NCBI GenBank assembly: GCA_036867785.1
Contig: CP145411.1
Location: forward strand, 1,240,001-1,304,000
Direction: 5' to 3'
Origin: Plasmodiophora brassicae
Lineage: Eukaryota
Length of the DNA: 64,000 nucleotides
Of this stretch, positions 25,165 to 36,252 are shown one piece after another. The notes beneath the pieces are model-generated. The model ran no database searches, was not told the origin of the DNA, and worked only from the letters and a program-made list of their open reading frames with translations. Each line of letters starts with the position of its first letter. Within the stretch, counting starts at the first letter, position 1. A program made the translations under genes and the position numbers.

Positions 25165-27300
25165 GTGACAAAATCTCCCTGTCGGTGTAAATGGGGGTGC
25201 GTCAAACTATTTTCGAGATATAATATGCACTTACGGTGGAAAGAAATATTTGCATCACAACGAAGAAATATTTGGATAACGAGGAAGAAATGTTTGCATC
25301 AACAGGAAGAAACAAGTGGATCATGCGGAAAAATGTCTGCGTCATCAGGAAGAAATGCGTGGCCCGTAGGAAAAGCGTAAACGTAAAAGGGTCTTTACTT
25401 ACGTTTACGTCTTACGTTAGGACAGTAAAACAGTGGTAAACGTAAAGTAAAAGTAAATTTACCGAAGTAAAAGTAGTTTATAACGTAAATCAGGTGGCAG
25501 GGCCATCGAATGTGTCCCGCGTCAGAGCATTCTAGCACTAGTCAGATCGGATGACGTCAAGCAATGCTACCCTCCAGGATTTCAAGGTCTTCTTCCAAGG
25601 AAGTGCCTTCAGTGCTATCTGACTCCAGGACTGCACGTGAAACAGCCCAGCGGTCTTCTGGAATTTGGTTGAGACCGGATCGCGTCCTTTAACGCGTCGA
25701 CATGGAAGAGCCGAACATAGGTGTGGATAACGATAGGAATGTCGACCATTGCCAAGGGTATGGTGTGGATAGTACAGGTCCCTGCAAACATACCACCAAG
25801 TGACCAGATCCAGGTCAGGCAAATCCCCACCAGCTTGCGAACAGAATGCGTCGACCTCATCAAACCCATTCTGGGCTATCGAACCGCACCCGGAAGTGCT
25901 CACCATGCTCCACAGGCTGTTGGACGCTGTAGATATGTACTGGACGTCGACGGGACACCAGTGAAACCGTACCTCTCGGAGAGAATCCTAACAGCATTGT
26001 CTCACTTAAACAATTTCAATCGGGAGAATATACAAGATGATGCGTACTTGCGTATGGACGACTTCTCATCGAGTGAGTCGACCGGCGTCGGGAATCGAGG
26101 ATCCAGATACATGCCCAAAAGCGAAGGGTCGCTCACCAATTTGGAGCTATACGACTGCAATTTGGCCACCATGGCGGCTGCGGGCTGCTTCAGATCGCAG
26201 AACAGATGAGATTCGTCGTTCTGAACGCAGTTTTCGCAGTGCGTCTGCAAGAAGTTGAATGATCCTCTCACCATGTTGATGGTAGGTGACTTCGATTTCT
26301 CCACCCCCTCCATCGGCATCGCTTCCCTCCATAACCTCAATCACATCGATGTCGTCATCCGGCATCGCAATACACGAACTACACACTCAAGAGGGAATGA
26401 GCAAACGACGACGTCAACGCCAAAATTACAGGAGCTCGCTGTCCTGACTCCCGGGTTTCCGTGCGAACAGTTTCAACTGGCAAGTGCGACGTGCAGGCTG
26501 CAGGCTGTAAGTCATTTACGTTTTTACTAGCTTTACTTTATCTTTACGTCTTACGTCATAGTCGTTTACGTTTACTATATTTTACTTTTACGTCGTTGAA
26601 TTTACATCACGAAAAAAATAAATTTACTTTACGTTGCCGAGGCCTAGCGTGGGTCAACGGTAAAAGATTAATGGATAACGGGGACCCGCCGTTAGCCGGC
26701 GACGACGCGGCCACCTCAGCATCGAACGCTGCAGCGGGGCAATGTAGCACGAGAGGTAAACGCACATGTAAGTACGAACATTGGTGGACGTCTTAAAGGA
26801 TCCATCGTTTGCAGCTGGGCGTGGTCGTCCGGCGAAGAACCTAGAAAGCCTCCCGCGACTGGATCCGGCCATCGCTTCTGATCCACGAGTCGCAGACATA
26901 CGGTTCACCCAAGCGGTTTCCGGTACCCGGCACGCTGCCGATCAACGACGACTTGAAGAGCAATGAAGAATCGCTCGAGAGAAAAGCTGCCAACGTGCAC
27001 TACAACAACTTCAGCAACTCCAGTGTGCAGATGATCAAGTTCGTGCGGTCGCCAACAGGAAAATTGAACGACGAGGAGTTCATCGCGTACTGTAAGGATA
27101 GAACGCAGAAGCTGTATGAGTCGGCGTATCACGGAGATGAAGCGCGCACGTGCCGGCCGACCCACTCTCTCGGCGTCGAGGTACTTACCGCTGTTCTATG
27201 ACGAGTTTACTCCAGCTGGTTGTCAACGTTTACGCGACGTGTTCGGTTGTTCGGATCTGACGAAGGAAGCTGTCGAGAAGTTCTGGGACGGTCAAGTTTG
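25165..27300 (+). mobile_element. Degenerate, internally deleted relative of the Tc1/IS630-like element at 42597; ends approximate
   Basis: Similar GAAGAAA..TTGCAT subterminal repeats. Peptides GRPAKNLESLPRLDPAIASDPR and YCKDR..QKLYE..HGDE..YLPLFYDEFTP..LRDVFGCS match the N- and C-terminal parts of the 42931-44553 protein. Confidence 0.7.
25363..26646 (-). mobile_element. hAT-like transposon remnant
   Basis: Inverted arrays of (C)GTAAA/TTTAC(G) at both ends, right terminus ...GAGGCCTA, YLDPRF and DLVTWW remnants. GCGTGG occurs on both flanks (25357-62, 26647-52). Left TIR is not recognisable. Confidence 0.65.
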
Positions 27301-27369
27301 AACGAGACGCTAAAGAAGTGAGTTTATTCCGACCGACGTCGGCGCGAGACGGTGGCGATGTAACGCTGT

Positions 27370-28130
27370 CAGACAGAAGCGCTCTGACTAGCTGCAAGTA
27401 GTTCCTGTTTACCACCTCTATTGATCCATTACTGTAATGTCCATAGGCAACAGTCGGGTGATGAGCAAATCCGAATCGACGCGCAAGATCCTTCACAACG
27501 TTTGCCATAAAGCAAGACGCCATGTCTGACACCATCAACTCAAACGTTCCAAAGATAGCACTCCATTCGAGCAATGCTTCTAGAGTGGTTTCCGCATTGG
27601 GTGTATGGTCAGGAGTAATCTTGACCATGCCAGACAGATCATCCCTGATTATCAGGTTCCATTGCAGATCATGTCTTCCGCCCTTCTGAGCCGCCATCTG
27701 TACAGCCAATCCAATTGAATCACCTGATTCGGCCATACACCATGAACAGCTGTTCCCAGTGGCCTGGGAATCCTAACCCGCCCCTTGTCGGTAGACAGTT
27801 CAAACACGCGTTGCAGAACTTCCTCATGTCCTCTTCGCAGTGTGCCCAATGGCAGAACTCCCCCAACTTCCTCAACGAGGCCTTCAGTCCTGGATGCCCA
27901 CTGTTTCCGCCCGCATGAGCGATAGCGCATAGCTGCAGCTTCATCTCGTTGCATTCGTCTGGTATGATCACTTGTCCTTCCCTGTAACGAAGAGATCATC
28001 ATCACCATTCTTCGGTCGTTTCGTTCCTCTGAGCCATTTCCTCTGAGCCTTTCGGATTTCGTCCACGGTCGGCATACCTTCCTTTGCCCGATATCCGTTC
28101 TCAACTTGAAGCGTAATCCTCCTGATCGTG
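27370..28130 (-). pseudogene. Ty3/gypsy integrase fragment
   Basis: AIAHAGGNSGHPG...KFCNACLNC (HHCC), QVIQLDWLY, IIRDDLSG, VSDMASCF, SNGSIEVVN. Frameshifted. Confidence 0.7.
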
Positions 28131-28135
28131 CGTAC

Positions 28136-28298
28136 TGTCAAGGACCATCTCGTACCACCGGCACACGGTGACGCCGTGACTGTGCGCGACTGCGTAACGT
28201 CCACGGCAGAGGCTCCGCCACTGACGCCGTTGTCGGTAACGGCTTGGCAAGCCCCTGTTACATAGCGTTACGTCGCCGCCGTCTCGCGCCGATGTCGG
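28136..28298 (+). mobile_element. Truncated copia-type LTR (same family as 49074 and 49637)
   Basis: Near-identical to the reverse complement of 49637-49832; starts TGTCAAGGACCAT. Confidence 0.8.
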
Positions 28299-29945
28299 CA
28301 GCAGCGCGAGCAGATCTTATTGGAGGTCGCCGCCCGCCAACCAGTCGTGACGAAGACCGAGTCTATCGACCCTGCGCGACCGCCGGCGCCCTTGTCGACA
28401 ACGTCGTTTACAACACCCGTCCGGCTGCCCTCGTTCACGGGCGATGTCTCGGTAGATTCGATGTCTGCGACGACATGGTTCGAGGAGTTTTGCCGGTTTG
28501 CCGACGCTGACCCGACGTCAACTGCACCGTTGTCGAATACGGCCATGAACCTGTTGACATCGAGTCTGGACGGCGTGGCGCTGAAGCTGTACATGGCGAT
28601 CAAGCCATCGTCCCCGCAGGCCCTCATGGCCACGCTTCTGGAGAACTTTCCGGAGATCACTGCCGCGAGTGCCAAGGCCGATTTCGACGCCCTGCGCCAG
28701 ACGGGCCCGTTCGCGGGGCATCTCGTGGAGTTCCGCCGCCGCTACTTTGTCGCTGTCGCCCGCGACCCGGACTGCCGTCTAAGCGTCTCCTCGCTGGGCC
28801 GAGAATCTTCGCACATCGCCGACCCCTGCCCTGGCCGAGGAGTTGTACAAGTGGCAGCTCCGCAGCTTCTCCGGCATGGTGGGTAAGGCGGTCCATCTGG
28901 CGTCGCTGTTCCCGGTGCCGTCGACGGCTACTCTGACCGTGGCCGCAAGCGCTCTGCAGCCGCTGACCGACGAGGAGCGGGACCGTTGCCGCCACGAAGG
29001 CCGCTGTTTTCGCTGTCGCGAACCCGGACACATGTCGAGTAAGTACCCTCGCTCTCAGCCGGGAAATGTCCTCGGGTGATCCGAGCCGGGTTCGCGGATC
29101 GCCCAGTACATCACAACATTCTTGAACCTGATTGGCTCTTCGTCTCTTCTCTCTGTTCCAGCGTACGATTCGTTCCGTCCGTCACTGTCCCCATTCAGAT
29201 TCTTATCGCGTCACGTGTCATCTTGACTAAGGCCCTTATCGATTGTGGCGCTACATCTTCGTTCGTCGACTGGTCCTTCGCTCGCTCGCACGACATTCCC
29301 TGCGTTGCGAAGCAGCAGGCGATTGCCGTCAAGGTGGTTGATGGCAGGGCCCTACCGCCTGTGCCACAGGAGACGCTGCCTCTGACTGCGAGGGTCGATG
29401 GTCTGTTCCAGAACAGCAACTTGATTTGGAACGTGATTCGCGCCCCCAACCATCCCATCATTCTCGGGATGCCGTGGCTCGAACACCATGATCCGGTGAT
29501 CGACTGGCGCCAGCGATCTGCCGCCCACCGTGACTTGGCGACTCCGACATCGGCACCGGATCCGCTACGCAGCTCCCCTCTTACCGTACCGACACTCGAC
29601 AAGGTCGACACCAAGATTTCTGTAGACGAGAGAAGGGTCGCTGAGGGAGCTTGTTGCCCGTCGGACCCTCCTGCGTTCACCTGGGACCAGCTCTCCGCTG
29701 TCTGCTCGCCGGGTCAACAGCGCACTGATGGGGGTCCCGTCGTTTCGGCAGTGAACCGCACTCCAGCCTCGGTGTCGGCTGAATCGTGGGCCACATCTTG
29801 GCTTCGACATGTTTTGTGGGCCTTTTGATGGTCAGCATAGCGCTACTGCGTCTCCTTTTATGTATCTGTGCCGGCGCCCTTTTCGCCTGGATCTTTCGGC
29901 TCGCGATACTGGCAGGCGGTTTCGGTGCTTGTTTCGCCTTAGACT
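28299..29945 (+). pseudogene. Gypsy gag-protease fragment, paralogue of 50200-52000
   Basis: High similarity to the 50200 gag. CFRCREPGH knuckle and ALIDCGATSSF protease motif, with frameshifts. Confidence 0.85.
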
Positions 29946-30099
29946 ACGCTGCTAGGCTGCAGGCCGCAGCTCATCGCGTTCGTGCTACAGTCCCGCCCGA
30001 CCTCTTCGTGATCACCGACGCGTTCGTCGCCACCCTGCTCGTGGTCAATGCGTCGCCGAACAGGATGCCGTCACCGCCAGCCTGCACAGCCGTGGCCTG

Positions 30100-32010
30100 G
30101 AGACACGTCCAACAGTGGCCGACATCGTGGCCTCATTAACAAGCGAGGAGTCTTGTATTCGTGAAGCGCGCGGCCGCGAGCAGAGTCCTTCGAAACGGCG
30201 AATCGAGTCGCGACGAACCAGACGGACCCGCACACCACATCATTCAAGCGCCACGATCCGTGCATGCTGCACCCGGATGCCAATCCGAAGCACACGAACG
30301 GCAAGTGTCGCGCCCAGCGTCATCTGTGTCACACGAATACAAAGACATCGTCGGACGCGTATACCCCTCTGTTCGAGCAATGTCAGCCGGTCACCCCGTC
30401 GTAGACACGACGTTAGTTGGCCTACTGGATTCCGACTGTTCCACAACGACAACACCCCTGCGGCGGCATCTCAGCTGTTATCGACGAGGCTCTGGACCGG
30501 AAGTCGAACTAGCTGACCTGTCGCGTACGAGCACTTCCGGTCGAGGCATGACGTCATTCGGCAAGGATGCCCAGGCGACGAGTATCGACTCGCTGCACGT
30601 TCCACGACTTGGCCAAGCGCTCGTTTCAATCGGCCAGATCACCCGATCAGGACACAAGATCGTGTTCGACGGCGCCGCCGCGACGATCTACTCGAAGGAC
30701 AGCTGGACGGCACCTACCGGGCAGCCAGTGGCGATCAGCAACCGTGAAGAAGACAACCTGTACCGGATCGCACTATCAGCTCCACCCACCAACATCACGC
30801 AATCGACTGTACGAGCCTGTTCCCTGATCGTATCCGACATCGCCTGTCGCGCCGCAAAGGTCACCGCTGCATCTCCCGATCTGTGGCACGCACGAATCGG
30901 CCATCTCGGTTATTGCAGTCTGCAGATCCTGCAGAACCGCTGTCGTGGCATGAAGTTCGATGGCTCCATTCCCAAGCGTTCGGACCGGTGCCCATGCGAA
31001 GCCTGCCTCCTCGTCAAAGGCAAGCGTTCCTCATTTCCTCCGAGTAAGTCGCGGGCACGTCGTGTCGGCGATCTCGTGCACAGCGACCTATCCGGCCGGT
31101 GGCCCGTTATCGGCATTGGCGGCTTCGAGTACTACCAGACGATGCTGGATGACTCCACGCGCTACCTGACGGTCTACCTGCTTCGCCGCAAATCGGACGC
31201 CCTCGATGTCATTAAGAACTACGACGCGCGCCTTCGCAATCAGGAAGGGCGAGGTATCGGGGACTTCTAGACCGACGGTGGCGGCGAGTTCAACTCGAAG
31301 GCATGCGTCCTGTTCTACAACACGTCCGGCATCCTGCACCGCAAGTCGGTCCCATACAACCTGAGCAGAACGGCCGCGCCGAAAGCGTCAACTACACGCT
31401 CTGTTGCATCGAGCTAGCGATCCGGTGTCGCGCCCACATGCCCGACTTCACGTGGCCCTGGTCGCTGTCTTACTCTGCCGTCCTGTACAACATCCACCCG
31501 AGATCCGTCCTTCCCGAACGTCGCACATCGTTCGAGGCAGCTCGCCGCGCCCGACCTGACGTCTCGGCCCTTCGTGTCTATGGTTGCGATGCCTATGCCA
31601 TGCGACCACATCCAGCCACGAAGAAGCCGAGCAAGTTGGAGCCGGGTCGTGTTCGCGCTGTGTTCATCGGTTTCACGCCCGGCATGAAGGCGTGGCGGTT
31701 CTACGACGTGGACCGCGAAGACACGTTCGAGAGCACGACTGCCGAATTCCTGGAGAACTCATTCACATTCGGTTTTGGAAGATCGATCTCGGCCAGTTCA
31801 TCATCAGCGCCAACATCCAGTCCCGAGTCGAGCCCTGCGTCGAACGTTGACACGATCGTCCCGACGTCCATCTCTTCCGACGCCATCATGGCACCTCTAC
31901 CATCGACGTTAGCATCCTCTATCGCAACAGCCCCTCCCGAGCCTCCTTCACCTCCCGCCGCGTCATTGCCTTCCGAGATCGTCCGACCGTCACGATCACC
32001 GTCTCCTGAC
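30100..32010 (+). pseudogene. Copia protease-integrase fragment, paralogue of 36480-41435
   Basis: LLDSDCSTTTTP, LWHARIGH..CPCEAC, VHSDLSG, stop at the QTDGGGE motif, frameshifted integrase. Confidence 0.85.
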
Positions 32011-32049
32011 CCTGCATCCCAGAACGCGGACGCCCGTGCGCTGCACAGG

Positions 32050-33307
32050 CATTGGTGACGGGCAGACATGGCGCGAACCGGGACGTACTGATCAGGTTGC
32101 GACGATGTATTCGATGTCGTCCGCCACAACGAGCGCTGTAGGAAACAGTTGCCATTCGTGTGCGGCTTCCTCAAGGTCGTATGTAGGACGCACAGTCCAT
32201 CGCGTTCGGGAGCCTTGATCGGGTGTGCGGTGGCGTTTGCACGGTTCGCCGTTGCGAACGATATCTCCCGGTCAGCATGAGCCTCTTGAATGCGCTGCTC
32301 TTCTGATGTGAGCGTGGACACGACCTCAGTGACGGTAGGCCGCGGTTCGAGTCCACGACTGTGCAGGTTGGATGCGGCCGTGTCTAATTCTGACGAGGCG
32401 TTGCCAGCCATCAGGACAGCCAGGAAGGAATCCGTCATGTGAAGCATGTCGTTCGGGACTGTTGTACGGAAACGTTGGGCAGCGGCTTGCAGACGAGCCG
32501 CGTACAAGGCGACCGATTCACCGGCTTGCTGTCGAACACTGAACAAATCTTTAGAAGCACGAATGACAGACGAAAACGTGCAGGGTCGCAGCATGCGGAA
32601 GAGCGCGCGCCAGCATTGCGCCGATGTACCGGCGTACAGCAAGTTGTAGCCGATCAGAACGGTCTTGTCGACCATCTGAAACAAGAGTATCTCCCGAGCA
32701 GTTGCCTCCAGATCCGCGTCCACATTGTCGGGGATACTCGGAGTCGGCGATCCGTCCAGATCGATGCCGACGATTCCCGCGAATCCACGGTTGGTAAACC
32801 AAGACGCGGCGGCGGGCGCCCAAGCGGCAAACGATTCGTGCTTGCCGTCGAACCGAGGCGGAGGCACGCGATCTGTACCTGGACGCACTACGCCGTCCAC
32901 AATGGTTGGGCGAGGCTGCGTCGTCGGCGTCGTGGCGATGCAGGAGTACGATGCGGTTTGCTGTCGCAGGAATGCGATGCGCGCGATCTTCTCCTGTCGC
33001 TCGGCCTCAGCGAGCTGCGCGTCGAGATCTTGGACATCTGACTCCGCCGTTCGGCCGCGATCGGCCATGACGTTGGACGCGAGCGAGACGCCCAGAGCGC
33101 GGTTACGACTGTTAATCTGAAACGACGAAATCAGAGTGAGATATATTGATGGATATAGAGCGAAGATATTGGGTGTGACGGGCAACGTCGTAGACGTGAG
33201 ACGCGGTGCACGTTACATCATCGCGGGCGGCGCTGACACCAGACTTGCGGAGTGCGTGGCAGCGTCGGTGTGCTGCACGAGTGTGCTGCTGGATATGGAG
33301 TTCGACA
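32050..33307 (-). mobile_element. 5' end of a related copia: LTR (33118-33307), PBS (33104-33117), gag from ATG 33068
   Basis: LTR begins TGTCGAAC like the 36253 LTR and carries the same PBS. Gag PPRFDG..FAAW..LTSEE is homologous to the 36480 gag. Joined to the inverted fragment at about 32010. Confidence 0.8.
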
Positions 33308-33718
33308 TCTCCTCAGGACAGCAGCATCTTGAGGTCGGGCACGAGACGCTAAATATAGAGCCCCGCTCTGCAAGGCGTGCATGTGCCGCCGTACACACTA
33401 AGCTTATGTATCGTTAGTCGTATTCGATTGTCACACTTACATGCCGTGCCTCACGTCAGGCAAGCCTAGCGACCGAGGCGAACCAGTCGTTCCTTTCATA
33501 GGTCCGCTTTTGACGCGCGCCACTAGAACGGAAGCGTTGGAGTTTAGCGACGACATCGGCTGGCGGCTCTGCGTTTGGACCGCGCGTTGCAATACTGAAC
33601 GTGGATACAGCGCTCGAAGACGTCGTTTAGTTTGTGTGACAGAGACCGGCACAGGTCCGCGTTCCCGTTTACAACGCTGACCCATCTGCGACCGCTAGCA
33701 CGTTGCGACGCCGGAGCT

Positions 33719-34049
33719 TGTAGACCGGACCGCCAACTAGGCCACGAGAGCAGCTGCTCTCGTGGCTCGTGGCCTAGTTGGCGGTCCGGTCTACAAAACA
33801 TCTCACCGACGGGAGTTCGAGCCTCCTCGAAGTCCGCCGTGGACGGAGAGTTTTGGGGAGGATGTGTAGATAGTACGGACGCGCCAGGCACGAGAGCAGG
33901 TCTGCGAGTCGTCTACACGGGTAGGCGGCGGACATCGCTCGATCGTCGGGGGGCTTGAGCTTCCCCGGTGAGATGTTTTGTAGACCGGACCGCCCAACTA
34001 GGCCACGGGAGCAGCTGATCTCGTGGCCTAGCTGGCGGTCCGGTCTACA
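33719..34049. mobile_element. 331-bp MITE whose two termini are each a palindrome
   Basis: Hairpins at 33719-33795 and 33979-34049, continued inward by AAACATCTCACCG/CGGTGAGATGTTT. 4-bp TSD AGCT. Confidence 0.9.
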
Positions 34050-36252
34050 AGCTGCAATACCAGTGCTGACCGCGCGCGCCAACGTCACTGGTTCACGTTC
34101 GACCGATGTGGTATTGTAGACTGCAGAGTTGCGGCCGTCATGTTCGCGCGCCCGACGATAAAACCAGGTGCGCATCCTCGATCTTCTTGTCGTACGCGAC
34201 CTTGGAGGTGACAGTCATCACGTTGTTCGGCACCACTTCGAACACGGTGGCCACATGGAATCTTGGTTCCCAGGCTGATATCCCTTATCTAACAAAACAA
34301 TGTTCAGGTGGATGATGTCAACGATATATGGCAGCACATACCCTTGTTCAGGACGAACCGCGGTAGAACGAAACCGAAGGGCGCGTCGCTCGCATGCAAT
34401 TTCTGCCAGCGGGAAACGCGAATCAACACGATCGACGACGGCTCTGGTTCACGACGATACTGCCAATTCAAGTCGAATTGCACGAATGTTGATATGGAAC
34501 CCATATACAGACCGTCGCCATCAAAGTCGACAACAAACCGGGAACTGCACGACTTGGGGTACGACCTATTCCGTGACTGCGTCACGGAATTTGCAGTTTC
34601 CTACAATGCAGCGACGGTTACTCAACGGGAAACAGCGTTTAACAAAACCACCGATGACCAATATTTGTTCCGAACTACTTTAGACACTCGTTGGAAGGCA
34701 GATGTCAGGAGACGACACGACGGACGACTATTGTCTCCACAACACGGAATTAACCGACTGCCGAAGCCGTCGGTTGCCGTGGACGTTTATTCAAACTGCG
34801 CGGCTGCGCGACCCCCGTCGCGGCCGTGCCATAACAGTATAGTCCCCTGTCATCGGGCCGGCCTGCGGGGTGGCTTTCGCCACTTCGGCCCCGGCTTGGT
34901 TGGGTACCGAGCGTGGAAGTTAGCCAACAATTCGTTGAGCCCACCTGTACCGTGTAGTTCTCCTGCGGGTTCCCACGTGCGTTCAGAAGGCGGGTACCCC
35001 TCCCAGTCGATCAAATATTCCAATCGGGAACGGCGATATCGAGAATCGAGAACATCGTGAACGATGAAGAGGGGAGCATCGTCATCCGCGGGAAGAATCG
35101 GTGGAGGAGGAGGTTGAGTGGGTTGGCGACGTAAGGCTCGAGTTGAGATACGTTACATTGTGGATACGGAACTCGGCAGGAAGGTCGAGTTGAAAGGCAA
35201 CCGGATTGACGAGTTGACTGATAGGGAATGGCCCTTAAAATTGGTAGTCGAGCTTCGCGCAGGGTCGCAGAGTTTTCAGGGAGCCGCGACGTAACATCAC
35301 TAAGTCGCCCACCTGAAACTTCGGAGACGTTTGCCGCTTCGCGTCGGCGAATCGTTTGGAATCGACAGAAGCTCGAGTCAATTGGCGGGTCAAGAAGTTG
35401 CGAATCCTCTGCAAGGACTCAGCTCGCTCGTCGGCAGTCGGATTGGCGCTGGTAGACGGTCGAGGTTGCACGTCCATCACACGTGGATGGTAGCCATAAT
35501 TCGCGAAAAACGGTGACATACCTGTCGCTGCATTGTTGTACGAAAATTCGGCTACGGCAAGGAGCGGATGCCAGTCGTCTTGTAAGTAGTTGACGTACGC
35601 ACGGAGATACTGTTCCATGACTTGGTTCACCCGCTCGGTTTGGCCATCGGATTCTGGGTGCCGCGAAGAAGACAGGTTGCGTTGCACGCCGAGACGTATG
35701 AGAAGTTGCTTCCAGAACTTAGCGATGAACTGAGGCCCTCGGTCCGACACGGTATCGTCAGGGAGGCCATGTAAGCGGAAGACATTTGCTAGAAACAAGG
35801 CGGCAAGGTCGACAGATGATATTGTTTCGTTGCAAGGAATAAAATGCGCCATCTTGGAGAGGCGGTCAACGACGACGAGGATGGAGTCATACCCGTTCGA
35901 GCAGGGAAGCTTAACCACGAAGTCCATGGAAATGGACCGCCACAGAGTCGTCGGCAGAGGGAGTGGCATGAGTAATCCGAAGGGATTGTGCCGAGCCGTC
36001 TTAGTCCGACGACACGTATCGCAGGAGAGCACGTAGCGGGTTACGAAAGGGGTTAAACCCGGCCACCAAAATTCGCGGCGAATTAACTGCACGGTTTTTC
36101 GAATACCGAGGTGGCCCGCCGTGCCATTATCGTGGAAATAGCGAAGAATGTCCAGTTTGCAGTCATCGCCAGAGACAACCACAGAATGTCCACGGTATAG
36201 AACGTCGTCTCGGACGCTAAAGTGGCGGCCGCTCGGACGATGAAGTCGCTGA

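Noticed and set aside
31701-33185. 494-aa ORF as a novel gene
   Set aside because: Chimera of a copia gag and read-through into the antisense of an adjacent inverted copia fragment.
34308-35060. 250-aa plus-strand ORF
   Set aside because: It crosses a gypsy LTR junction; the minus strand better fits a transposase remnant and the chromodomain.
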